Assembly: GCF_006345805.1 (NCBI RefSeq)
Contig: NC_043014.1
Location: 29,140,001-29,204,000 of the forward strand
Source: Octopus sinensis
Taxonomy: Eukaryota
Direction: 5' to 3'
DNA length: 64,000 nt
Every line of letters starts with the position of its first letter. Position 1 is the stretch's first letter. Of this stretch, positions 39,536 to 52,063 are shown piece by piece. The notes under the pieces are model-generated. The model searched no databases. It was not told where the DNA came from and saw nothing but the letters and a program-made list of their open reading frames with translations. The translations under genes and the position numbers were made by a program.

Positions 39536-39755
39536 CTTTATTTAAAAACAGCAGAAATATAACAAAAGCTATTACTCAGAGTTTCACGTTCCCGTTTGTC
39601 GGACATTTTAACAAAACTGTTCGACGAACGGGACCGTGAAACTCTGAGTAACAGCTTTGTTTAATTTCTGCTGCTTTTAAATAAAGCATATTACTCTACC
39701 TCTGGTATTTGAGTACACTTTTTCCCACCTTGTTTCACACTTATGTACTTACTCC

Positions 39756-39758
<3 letters not shown>
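39536..39758. mobile_element. Penelope-like inverted terminal repeat with hammerhead-like motif in both arms; second copy 53646-53837
   Basis: Arms ~39536-39605 and ~39618-39688; + arm reads CTGT-TCGACGA-ACG-GGAC-CGT-GAAA-CTC-T-GAG-TA-ACAG. Confidence 0.7.
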
Positions 39759-39795
<37 letters not shown>

Positions 39796-39796
<1 letters not shown>

Positions 39797-39892
39797 CCGA
39801 AATTGCTAGGATGATCCGGTTCTTGACTGAAGATTGTGTTTTTGTATCGTCTTCTAAATGTTTTACGTTCTTGTCCCAGTTTGTATTTTTCT
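39796..39892 (+). repeat. Dispersed repeat fragment shared with 53100-53340
   Basis: AGCCGAAATTGC..GGATGATC.GGTTCTTGACTGAAGA ... TTCTTGTCCCAGTTTGTATTTTT in both. Confidence 0.7.
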
Positions 39893-39894
39893 AC

Positions 39895-39938
<44 letters not shown>

Positions 39939-40143
39939 ATATATCATACACACCACACACACATATGTATTATATATAATACATGTTTGTGGGTGTTGTA
40001 TCTGACGGTGCTGTTATTTATATATATATATAAAGTTGGGCCAATGTCATTATGCAGCGGTGTGTATGTGTGTTCACGCCGACAACAAATTCACAAACTT
40101 AAGTGTGTATTTAAACACACAAACACACGCGCACACACAAACA

Positions 40144-40184
<41 letters not shown>

Positions 40185-40404
40185 CACACAGATGTGTCTA
40201 CGTTTAACAGAGAGAGAGAGAGAGAGAGGAGGGAAGCGGGTAATGTCTGTGTGTGCGTGATAGAGAGAGAGAGAGGAGGGAAGCGGGTAATGTCTGTGTG
40301 TGCGTGATAGAGAGAGAGAGAGGAGAGAGAGAGAATGAAAGGAAAAGGGAGAGAAAGAGATAGAGTGTGGTATGCATGTGAGAAAGAGAGAGAGAGAGAG
40401 AGAT

Positions 40405-40681
40405 GTACGTAACAACATTTAATACACATAGAGATATTACGCAATACACATGCAAGATACACATACGCATAGGCAAATATACCCACTCAAATATCTATCT
40501 ATATGTGTGCGTGTGCGCGTGTGTACGTGTGTGCGCGCGTGTGTGTGTGTGTGTATACACACACATATGCGCGCGCACACCTATATATATATGGCGTGTG
40601 GGGTATATTTGTGTATGTGTATGTGAATCTTGTAATGTGTATTGCGTGATATCTCTATAGGTATTAAACGTTGTTACGTAC
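40405..40681. repeat. Imperfect palindrome centred on GTGTATACAC (40551-40560)
   Basis: GTACGTAACAACATTTAATAC.CATAGAGATATTACGCAATACACAT versus its reverse complement ending at 40681. Confidence 0.8.
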
Positions 40682-41712
40682 TGCTCTCTTTCTTCCTTTC
40701 TCTCTCTCTCACTTTCCTCTCTCTCTCTCTTTCTTTCTTTCTCTCTCACACACACGTACATTTCATTCTCTCTCTCTAACATCCATACACACACACATAC
40801 ATATCACTCTTGCTCTCTTTCTTTCCTTCTCTCTCTCATACACATATCACTCTCTTCGCTTTCCTTTCTCTCTTTCTTTCCCTCCCCTTCTCTCTCTCTC
40901 TCTCACATATCACTCTCTCCCTCTTTCTTATTTCTTTCTTTTCTCCTCTGTATCTTCCTCTCCCCACCACCATCACATTCCGGCTGCAGTCCAGACAAAG
41001 TCGGAGGGAGGGGAGGTAATAATGTTCTTTTTTTTTCTCTTTTTCTATTCTTTTCACTATCACCACTACTACCTTCGCCGACATTACAGCACAACCACCA
41101 CCACCACCACCACCACCACCACCACCGCCACTACCATCTCTACTGCCACCACCCCCACAACTACCACTACAGCCGCCACCACCAACACAATCACAACCGC
41201 CACCGCCGCCGCCGCCAGCACAGCCACCGCAACCACCACCAACACCAACACCACAACTACTGGCTGACACTGCACAAACACAGACACCTTCGTAGACAAT
41301 ACCCCTATTATCACCACCACCACCACACCACCACCACCACCAGTAAGATTACAACCACTACTAAGCATCGTCCCTTGCATCACCTATATACAGACATTAC
41401 ATTAACACTACAAACACCACTACCACCACCACCACCTCCCCATCACCTCCACCATATATACATACCTACGCTGGCACCATATTCTCCACCACTACCACCA
41501 GTACCCTTATCTTTGCTGACACTACACTACACAACCACTAACCACCTCCTCCACTACCACCACCACTCCTCCTCTTATCTTGCCGTCACTATCACTGCCG
41601 CCGCCACCACCATTCGCTGACACTATACTGTTATCAACACTGTCACCACCAGTACCCCTATCTTTGCTAAAACTATACTACCACCACCGCCACAACAACC
41701 ACCACCACCACC

Positions 41713-42150
41713 ACCATTAACACTGCCGCTACAATTACCACCTACTACAACATTAACACTGCCATGCTACTAATAACACTTACTAACACTGCTGCTAATA
41801 TACCACCACGACAAATCTTGCCACAATTATTACCACCACCACCACCACCACTACCACCACCACCATTAACACTGCCGCTATAATTACCACCTACTACAAC
41901 ATTAACACTGCCATGCTACTAATAACACTTACTAACACTGCTGCTAATATACAACCACGACGAATCTCGCCACAATTATTACCACCACTGCCACCAACAC
42001 TACCACCACCACTACCACCACCCCATTAACACTGCCGCTATAATTACCACCTACTACTACAACATTAACACTGCCATGCTACTAATAACACTTACTAACA
42101 CTGCTTCTAATATACGACTATTACAAATCTTGGCACAATTATTACCACCA
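41713..42150. repeat. Minisatellite, ~150-160-bp unit x3, within an (ACC/ACT)-rich region
   Basis: CCATTAACACTGCCGCTA at 41713, 41863 and 42023. Confidence 0.85.
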
Positions 42151-42385
42151 CGACCACTACGACCACCATACAACCACCACCACACCACCACCACCACCAC
42201 CACTATCAGAACTACCTTCTCGACCGCCAACCCTCCACCATGAGCACCATCAACACCACCGTCGCCACAACCATTAACACTGCCGTTACTATTGAGGCTA
42301 CCACTTAACACTATTGTTACGTGAATGAAGACAATCAACAATGCTATTGTTACCATTACGACTACTACTTAGACTACAACTACTT

Positions 42386-42418
<33 letters not shown>

Positions 42419-42596
42419 ATAATAATAATAATAATAATAATAAAATAATAATAATAATAATAATAATAATAGTAATACTGCTGCTACTACTACTACTACT
42501 ACCGTAATCACTAATACCACTCACACTACCAGTAAACTGTTGCTGCTATTATTACTACCACCAATAATGCGATCATTATCATTACCACTAGTACTA

Positions 42597-43140
42597 GGAC
42601 GGCGAGCTGGCAGAACCTTAGCACACCAGGTAAAATGCTTACTGGCATTTCGTCCGTCTTCACGTTCTGAGTTCAAATTCCGCCGAGGTCGACTTTGCTC
42701 TCCTCCTTTTGGGGTCGATAAATTAAGTATCATCGAAATACTGGGGTCGACGTAATCGACATAACACGTCGACAAGAAATTGCTGGCGTTGTGCGAAAAT
42801 TTGAAATTGCGTGATGTGCTGGTAGAATCGTTAGAGCGTTGGATAAAATGCTTAGCGGAATTTCTTTCGATTGTCTGTTTTGCGTTCAAATCCCACCGAA
42901 GTCGACTTCGTTTTTCATCCTTAAGGCGGCAAGCTGGCAGAATCATTAGCACACCGGACGAAATGCTTAGTGGTATTTCTTCTGGCACTACATTCTGAGT
43001 TCAAATTCCACCGAGATCAACTCTGCCTTTCATCTTTTCGGGTGGATAAATTAAGTACCAATTGAGTATTGGGGTCGATATAATCGACTTAACTTCTTTC
43101 AGGCCTTGTGCCTATAGTAGAAAGGATTATTGTTATCATT
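42597..43140 (+). mobile_element. Three head-to-tail SINE-B copies
   Basis: Heads near 42597, 42815 and 42924. Confidence 0.8.
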
Positions 43141-43159
43141 ATTATTGTTGTTGCTGTTG

Positions 43160-46100
43160 TCACCATAGCTGGAGTTGTCTACAGGTGTTTGAGCATAAAG
43201 ACAAGCAAACTCAAAAACGCTAAACGCGACCAGGTGGTAAAAGCCTTGAAAGACATATGGCAGGGTACCCACTACACTGCGAGAGAGAAGCAGTACAGCA
43301 GAGCAGAGGTCCTTTTTAAGATTGAGGGGCACGAGATACAGAGCTCGGTGACCAAGCGTCGCACCGAGGAAAACGCCCTCTTCCCATCGTACAAGGGAAG
43401 AAGGGCAGTGCGAATTACGGTACCTGGAGTCCCACCAAGCCTGGATTTATGGTGGATACTCGCCTGTATTTGTACGGACGGCGGAGAGAATCTCCTGGAT
43501 GTTAAAAGATCGAGGAGGGTGAATTGGGTCGGGACTACCTTGGAGGTTCTTCTCCACGTGAAGCCCGAGCAGTTAGAGAAAATCCCAGACCTGATTTCCC
43601 TCTCGAATCGATTTGAAATAGGGATGAACGCGGAGGGTAGAAGGCCGAGGTGACACGATTGTGGTTCAACGGGTCACTTATAGTTTTTCTGCCCACAGAA
43701 TTAGAACAGAAGGGCTGAAGGAAATGTGCAAACGAAAGCACCACAACCCATGAGTCAACAAAAACAACAACAACAAAAAGGCTAGGGAATTGAAACCAAA
43801 GGAACAAAGCAGGTAGGTGTTACAGTGAAAGTGGCAGTGGGAGTAACACCAGCAGCAGTGGCGGAAGCTACACTAACAGGAGAAACAACAACTAGAAGAG
43901 TAGCAGAACAAACAACACCAGAATAAAACATATGAGACACGGACTCCTCCCCGCATCCAAGGGATGATGAGGGGTAAGCCCAAAAGCCAACAAAAAGAAA
44001 ACAAGAAAGAGACACAGAAAAAAAGGGAGGAATCCAACAAACGGTAAACACGGACAGGTCTTATCTAGATAGGGTATTTTGTAGGCCAGCTGATAGGAAT
44101 AGCATAGAGTGTCCACAATTTGAATTTAACTACACAGACCACAAATTTGTGCTCTGTACTGTTGGCCTAGATAGGCTCCATAGGCACAAACCCGGATACT
44201 GGAAACTGAACGCGCCCTTCTTGGCGCGTCAAGCTTTCAGAGACCGGCTTAGCAAGTTCGTCCATCGAAAGTTGACAGGTGCAGTCGTCAATAACCGTTG
44301 GTGGTGGGCTCTAAAACGGGCGATTAGAGTAGAAGCTGTAGAATTCATCGGAGAAGTAGCGATAGAGAAGACTAGAGTAGAGGGAGACCTAGTTAAGAAA
44401 TTAGAAGAGGCGCTCAGTAGAGGCATAGCAACCGACGTGTTGGTAGCGAGATTGGTTCAGAACCAATTCTTCAACACCAAGCATGAAGGTGGCACTGTCA
44501 GACCTAAGGCGTGTGCTCTAAAGCAGGTGAAAACAAAATCCATTCGATGGGCCCGAGTGGCCGAGGCGCAACGTGGTAATAGAACTACAATTCGGTCTTT
44601 GAGATATCGGGGCGGGCGGATGATACACGAGTCGAAGCAGATTTGTGCGGAATTTCAGCGGTGCTTTGCTGAACTGTATGGAAAGCGTGGTGGCCCGGAG
44701 GCGGAGGTGACCTTTACTTTCTACCATGATGGTATGCCACGACTGTCGGCCAGGGACGTGGAGTTCTGCGAAATGCCGATAACAGCTGAAGAGATACGTG
44801 ATGCTTTGGCAAGTTGCACGAGGGAGAGGTCTCCGGGATTGGATGGTCTGTCCTTCGAGCCTTATATACATATACCAGACTTGTTTGGTGAGCTTTTGGG
44901 AAACGTCTACGGCAACTGGTCGCAGAATGGGAGAATACCCGGATCTATGAACCGAGGTGTAGTGACGCTACTGAGAAAGGGTTCCGAATAAGGGGAACGT
45001 TGTTGATAACTTTAGGCCGGTAACTTTGTTAAATACAGATTACAAAATTTTGGCCAAAGTGCTAGCAAAGAGGTTGGCGCTTGTCGTTGACAAACTGCTG
45101 GGTGATGCACAGACTTGCGCTATCACCAGCAGAACTATACACGACAACCTCCACCTCACGCGATACACCATAGAGAGGGTTGGTTAAGAACCTGGCGTGG
45201 GTGGGGCCCTGGTGCATTTGGATCAATAGAAAGCTTTTGATAGGGACGACCATCAGTACTTGGAGGCTGTCCTCAAAGTGGCTGGTTTCGGTCCTGTTTT
45301 CAGAGGCTGGATCGCTGCAATGTACAGTGACATCTGTTCGGTGGTGAAAGTAAATGCACGTTCGATCCGTAAGGGATGTCCACTCTCACCCCTTCTCTAT
45401 GTACTGGGATGCAGAAATTTCGTGTTCGTGTATACGGACGACGTCACCGTGATAGTGTCAGACATCTCGGAAATGGAGATGGTCGGCACTACCCTAAGGG
45501 AATACGAAGCGGTGACAGGAGCAATGATCAACCAAGAGAAGTCAGTGGGCTTGAAGATCGGCACCTGGAGAGGCAGGCTCATGCCAACCGACAGCGTAGT
45601 GGGGCGCTGGACAGAAGAACCTCTTAAGTTGCTCGGGGTCTGGTTCGCTCCGTATCTCCAAATGGACAAGAACTGGGGCGAGGTGACAGACAGGGTGGCC
45701 AGTCTCACAGCAGAAATGGGCCAAGAGGAAGTTGTTCCTGAAGGGTCGAGCGGAGGCGGCGAATGCGTACATCACATCTGTCATTTACTACCGCCTGACT
45801 GTCGTCCCATGACCCGCTTCGTGGCTGTACGGGATAGTGCGTTTGCTCTTCCGTTTCCTGTGGAGGGGACAGGTACCGCTTGTCAGACGGTCCATTTGCT
45901 GTCAGCGCTCATTGTGTGGATAACTGGGCAAGTCGTAGCTGAGTATGTACAAACATGCGCTGAAGCTGCTACATCTCCAGCGATACCTTAACGTTGAGCA
46001 GGTGTGGTCGCCGTTTGTTGAATGCGCTTTTCCGCAGCGCATCTCCTTGAAAGAGCTACACCCTGGATCAAGCGTAAATCGAGGCGGGGCGCTTGGCATT

Positions 46101-47020
46101 TAGAGTGTCTTCAAGCGCTCACAGCCCTTGGCCAGTCAGGCAATGCGGCCGGTGTAAGTTCCACCTTGGAGTTCTGTAGGGGTTTAGTGGAGGGCAAGAG
46201 CGACGACGTCGAGAGGGATCAATCAACTGGCTGGTCTCTTCCAGAGGACCTTCGGAACAGGAACTATGGATAACTTCCAGAAATCCTTGGCCTGGCGGTG
46301 CTACCGAGGGTGCTGTCAGAAAGGTGTGCAGTCAGTCGGGCTTGTCCGAGATGCACATGGAGTAATGAAACCGTTCTGCATGCCCTCGTGCTGTGTCTGC
46401 CCATTGCTGACTTGTGGAGCTTTGTCGAAAAGTTATTGTCATGTATAGGATGGATCCGGCTATCGTCTGAGTCCATCGTGAAGATTGCCCTGCCCCCTTC
46501 CTTTGGTCGGGAAGAGAGAGCAATTATTCTCTGACTGGTTGCTATAGCAAAAGAGGTTGTGAGATAGACGCGATTGAAAGGGTTGACGCGATTGAAAGAG
46601 TTGAAGGAAGGTACATTCCTCTTTGGCCAAGGTCTCATTGACTTATTCAGGTTCCCTGCTGAAAAGGGAAGTGAAGCTGGAGAGGGAGGTACTGTCACCC
46701 AGTAAGTTCGTTGAAAGGTGGGTGAATGTGACAAGAATGGCCCTCGTGAATGGGCCTGCTCTAAGTGTGCGCCTGTAGGCCAGATGGAAGGGATAAATGA
46801 AGATGCCTTCCCGAGGAGCCATTGGTGTTAAGGGGTCCAAAGTGCGTCAGGTCCCTTTGGTCACCTTACGATGGAACCCCCCCCCTACTGGAGAAGCATA
46901 TTGTTGATTTGATCTCTTTGTTAATCGTGGTGTTTGTTGACTGTTTACACGTTTAACCTCACCTCTGTGTATGGTCATCCATGTTTTGTGTTCGGCTCTA
47001 GTGGCCAATAACGAAAGAAT
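43160..47020 (+). mobile_element. Second, divergent Tx1/L1-clade LINE; most of the APE domain deleted; many stops and frameshifts
   Basis: ORF1 remnant 43160-43653; RSYLDRV at ~44056; PGYWKLN; RSPGLDG; NFRPVTLLNTDYKILAK; RKGCPLSPLLY; YTDD; CPRC..ETVLHALVLC; ends before (TTA)n. Confidence 0.9.
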
Positions 47021-47024
47021 TATA

Positions 47025-47028
47025 ATTG

Positions 47029-47067
<39 letters not shown>

Positions 47068-47158
47068 TATTATTATTATTGTTATTATTATTATTATTAT
47101 TATTATTGTTATATTATTATCATTATTATTATTATTATTATTATTGTTATTATTATTA

Positions 47159-47189
<31 letters not shown>

Positions 47190-47234
47190 TTATTATTATT
47201 ATTATTATTATTATTGTTGTTATTATTATTATTA

Positions 47235-47288
<54 letters not shown>
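47025..47288. repeat. (TTA)n microsatellite
   Basis: Directly visible. Confidence 0.95.
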
Positions 47289-47289
<1 letters not shown>

Positions 47290-48433
47290 GGCAGAGAGCT
47301 AACAGAATCATTAGCACACCGGGCAAAATGTTTACTGGCATGTCGTCCGTCTTACGTTCTGAGTTCTAATTCTGCTGAGGTCGACTTTGCTTTTCATCAT
47401 CTGGATTGATAAATTAAGTAGCTGTTGAACGCTGGATGTAAATGACAAGCACTCTCCCCGAAAATGTCCGGCCTTGTGCGTCTAATAGAAAGGTGTATTA
47501 TTGTTGTTGTTTTTGTGGCTATGGCAGAAGAGGCTGTGTAATGGACTCGTCTGAAAGGTTTGAAAACATGTAGTTTGCTATCTGGCCAAACATCTCATAA
47601 CTTTCTTCAAATATCATTTGAAGAGGAAAGCAAGGGTAGAGAAGGAGTAGCTGCATTCTAGTGTATTTGTCAAAAGATGTACGAGGGTGGTAAGATAGGT
47701 GAGACTGAATGGGTCTACTCAGAGCAGGGTTTTCCAGGTAGGAGGAAAGAAACTGGATGATGACACTTCACGTGCTTTAGAAATGGCAGAGTAATCCGAG
47801 ATTTTGAGTGGGGTTATCCAGAACTAAGTAGTCTACTCGATATTGGGGATTCTAATTTTTAATTATTTATTTTTCTAATTTCTGTTTATATATTCTTTTG
47901 TTGTATCCTTTAATATCGTAGTGTCTCCCCTTGATCTATGTAAACTCCACTTGTTTTGTATGTTGAAATTTGTCCTTTGATATTGTCCTGCATGGATTAG
48001 GCCCTTGTGGCCAATAAAAGAAATCGTCATTTCGTCCGTCTTTACGTTCTGAGTTCAAATACTGCCGGGATCGACTTTGCCTTTTATTCTTTCGGGTCGA
48101 TAAAATAAGTACCTGTTGAGCACTGTGATCGACGTAATCGACTTACCCCTCCGCAAACATGCTGCCCTTATGCCAAAATTTGAAATCATTATTATCATTG
48201 TTTTTACTATTAAGGCGGTGAGATGGCAGAATCATTAACACGCCGGTCAAAATGAATAGTGGCATTTCATCCATCTTTAATATATGAGGTTGACTTTGCC
48301 TTTCATTCTTTCGGGGTCGATAAATTAAGTACCAATTAAGAAACACTGGGGTCGATGTAATCGACTAGGCCTCTCCCGCATTTCAAATCTTGTGCCTTTA
48401 GTAGAAAGGATTACTATTATATTATTATTATTA

Positions 48434-48474
<41 letters not shown>

Positions 48475-49038
48475 GTTCTATTAAGGCGGTGAGCTGGCAG
48501 AATCGTTAGCATGCCGACAAAATGCTTAGTGGAATTTCATCGTCTCAATTAGCTTTTCATCTTTTCGAGGCCGATTGAAATAAGTACTGTTGCGCAATAG
48601 GGTCGATGTAATCGACTAACCATCTCCCTCCAAACCTCAGGCCTTATACTCTTCAGTAATAACACTTTACCTTTCATCCTTCCGGGTCGATGAATTAAGT
48701 ACCAGCGAAACATGGGGGTCGATGTAATCGACTAGTCCCCTCACCCCAAATTCAGGCCTTGTGCTAAAGTAAAAAGGATATTATTATTATTAATTATTAT
48801 TATTATATATTATTATTATTATATTATTATTATTAGTTCTATTAAGCGGTGAGCTGGCAGAATCGTTAGCATGCCGGACAAAATGCTTAGTGGAATTTCA
48901 TTCGTCTCTAATTAGCTTTTCATCTTTTCGGGGCCGATGAAATAAGTACCTGTTGCGCAATAGGGTCGATGTAATCGACTAGTCCCCTCACCCCAAATTT
49001 CAGGCCTTGTGCCTAAAGTAAAAAGGATTTTATTATTA

Positions 49039-49100
<62 letters not shown>

Positions 49101-49409
49101 GTTCTATTAAGGCGGTGAGCTGGCAGAATCGTTAGCATGCCGGACAAAATGCTTAGTGGAATTTCATTCGTCTCTAATTAGCTTTTCATCTTTTCGAGGC
49201 CGATGAAATAAGTACCTGTTGCGCAATAGGGTCGATGTAATCGACTAACCATCTCCCTCCAAACCTCAGGCCTTATACTCTTCAGTAATAACACTTTACC
49301 TTTCATCCTTTCCGGGTCGATGAATTAAGTACCAGCGAAACATGGGGGTCGATGTAATCGACTAGTCCCCTCACCCCAAATTTCAGGCCTTGTGCCTAAA
49401 GTAAAAAGG

Positions 49410-49486
<77 letters not shown>

Positions 49487-49945
49487 GGAAGGTGGTGAGC
49501 TGACAGAACAGTTAGCAAGCCGAGCAAAATGTTTAGCGAAATTTTTTTTTCCGTTTTCACGTTCTGAGTTCAAATTCTGCTAAGGTCAACTTTGCCTTTC
49601 ATCCCTTTGGGGGCGATAAAATAAGTACCGGTTGAGTATCGGGATCGATGGAATACACTTACACCCTCTCCACGAAATAGCTGGTCTTGTGCCAAAATTT
49701 GAAACCAATATTACTAGCACTAAGGCGGTGAGCTGGAAGAGTCATTAGCACGACCGGCAAAATGTTTACCGGCATTTTGTCGTCCGCCTTTACGTTCTGA
49801 GTTCAAATTCCACCGAGGTTCACTTTGCCTTTCATCCTTTCGGAGTCGATAAAATAAGTACCAGTTGAGCACTGGGGTTGATGTAATTGATTTAACCCGT
49901 CATCCTGAAATTACTGGCCCTGAGCCAAAGTTTGAAACGTATATT
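47289..49945 (+). mobile_element. Dense co-oriented SINE-B array separated by (TTA)n, including a triplicated unit (48475-48779, 48836-49027, 49101-49410)
   Basis: About ten heads or central modules, all on +. Confidence 0.88.
47514..48024 (+). mobile_element. Third Tx1/L1 copy, 5'-truncated (ORF2 C-terminus plus 3' UTR)
   Basis: VAMAEEAV*WTRLKGLKT..LLSGQ..LITFFKYHLKRKARVEKE aligns with VAILKETVWKTRTKG...SGQGLINFFSYHLSRKIRLEKR of copy 1; ends GGCCCTTGTGGCCAATAAAAGAAAT. Confidence 0.8.
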
Positions 49946-50429
49946 ACCTCTACTACCGCCAGTAATAACCAACGTTGCTGCTACCGTTACTGCTATTATC
50001 CCCTCAAATGTTCCCCTGCAACCAACATAAGTATTTGTAAGTGTTTGTAAGTGTTTGTAAGTGTTTATAAGTGTTTATAATCGGTCACCACTCTTAAAAG
50101 AGAGCCAGTATTACTTAAGCATCTCTAGTATACATATAGTATCTGCAGAAGTGTCGGGATAGTCAAAGATGAGGTCCCCCCACCCCGCTCCACCTTCTGT
50201 AGGTCTCTGCTAGTTGCGGTTGATCGGATCCAAAACAGCAACAACACCCGACAAAACGCAACACGGCCATCGTTATCGTCTGACCGATGATCAGAGATCC
50301 CTCCGCGACCATCACCATCACCGCCACATTTCCACTACTACTATACCATCACACCCTCCGTCGTCACTTCCGCCGCCACAACTACAACGAACACTAACAA
50401 ATCCCCACTATTAACACCATCACTACCAC

Positions 50430-50494
50430 CATCACAACTGCTGCTGCTGCTGTTGTTGTTGCAGCTGTTGTTGCTGCAGCTGCTGCCACTGTTG

Positions 50495-50533
<39 letters not shown>

Positions 50534-50595
50534 TAACTACTACTACAACTACTACTACTACTACTACTATACTGCTGCTGCTGCTGCTACTGCTG

Positions 50596-50632
<37 letters not shown>

Positions 50633-50728
50633 CACTGCTGCTACTGCTGCTGCTACTACTACTACTACTACTACTGCTGCTGCTGCTTCTGCTGCTACTA
50701 CTACTGCTACTACTACTACTACTACAAG

Positions 50729-50774
<46 letters not shown>

Positions 50775-50976
50775 ACTACTACTACTACTACTGCTACTAC
50801 TACTACTACTACTACTACTACACGCAAACTCCAGTAAACACCTTTAACATTAATTCCATTTCCCCACCACCCCACAAATTGTGTACTACCACTCCAACAC
50901 CATACCCGAATACCACAACCAATGCAGCTACTACTACTACGACACCGGCATATGATTGGGAAGCAAGCTTCTTCTG

Positions 50977-51016
<40 letters not shown>

Positions 51017-51140
51017 AACTACTTCTACTACTACTACTACTACTACTACTACTAATACTACTAATACTACCGCTGCTGCTGGAACGACTATTACCACATC
51101 TATCACTACTACTACCATCATCACCACCACCATCACTACA
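50430..51140. repeat. (CTA)n/(CTG)n trinucleotide repeats
   Basis: Directly visible. Confidence 0.9.
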
Positions 51141-51417
51141 ATAAAAAACAAAAACAAAGCAATATATACCCCAGTACCGACATCCATACAATATCTACCC
51201 AGCCAACCACCCTTATCGATAATACACATTGCTTACTGTGCGTGCGTTCAACATGTTCATATCCTCTTTTCATATGTGTATGTACCTATGTATATATGAA
51301 TATGCATGTGTTTGTGTGTTTGTATGAGTATCTAATCTATCTGTAAATATGTATATGTACCTATGCATGTATATATTATTTTATGTATATGAATATGTGT
51401 GTGTGTATATATATATG

Positions 51418-51448
<31 letters not shown>

Positions 51449-51560
51449 ATATATATAGGTATATATATATATGTATATATATATATGTATATATATGTGT
51501 GTGTGTGTGTGCGTGTGTGTGTGTACATGCATACATATACACTAACTCACTAACTAGCTG

Positions 51561-51639
<79 letters not shown>

Positions 51640-52031
51640 TTCTAATATCCTGCACATCGCGAATAGTTTTAAGTGTAAGGCACACGTTTTAATAAGCGCA
51701 GAATTTTAGCCTATCAAATAAACCCTGTTTTGCATAATATGCATGAACTGTTATGCAAATTAGATTGAACTGTATTACTGAGCCCTGGTTTGTGTATTCT
51801 GTTAAAAGCTATAAGCTATTAACAAAATCTCTCTAATGCATAAAGCATAAGCATGCTTTCTCTATTGCAGAATTTCTATCCAGAAATGAATTCAAAAACT
51901 GGTCAAATTGATCCCGCTATTTCGGCCCACGGACAAACATGTATTGCCATTCAGTTCGATTTTGGCATCGAGGCTCAACAGACTCACACACGCACACAAA
52001 AAACATACATACACAAAGACACACACACACA

Positions 52032-52063
<32 letters not shown>

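Noticed and set aside
48420-49480. Repeat-spacer periodicity resembling a CRISPR array (also 61098-61470 and 41713-42150)
   Set aside because: Eukaryotic context, no cas genes, units of 100-300 bp, and 'spacers' are microsatellites or identical sequence.
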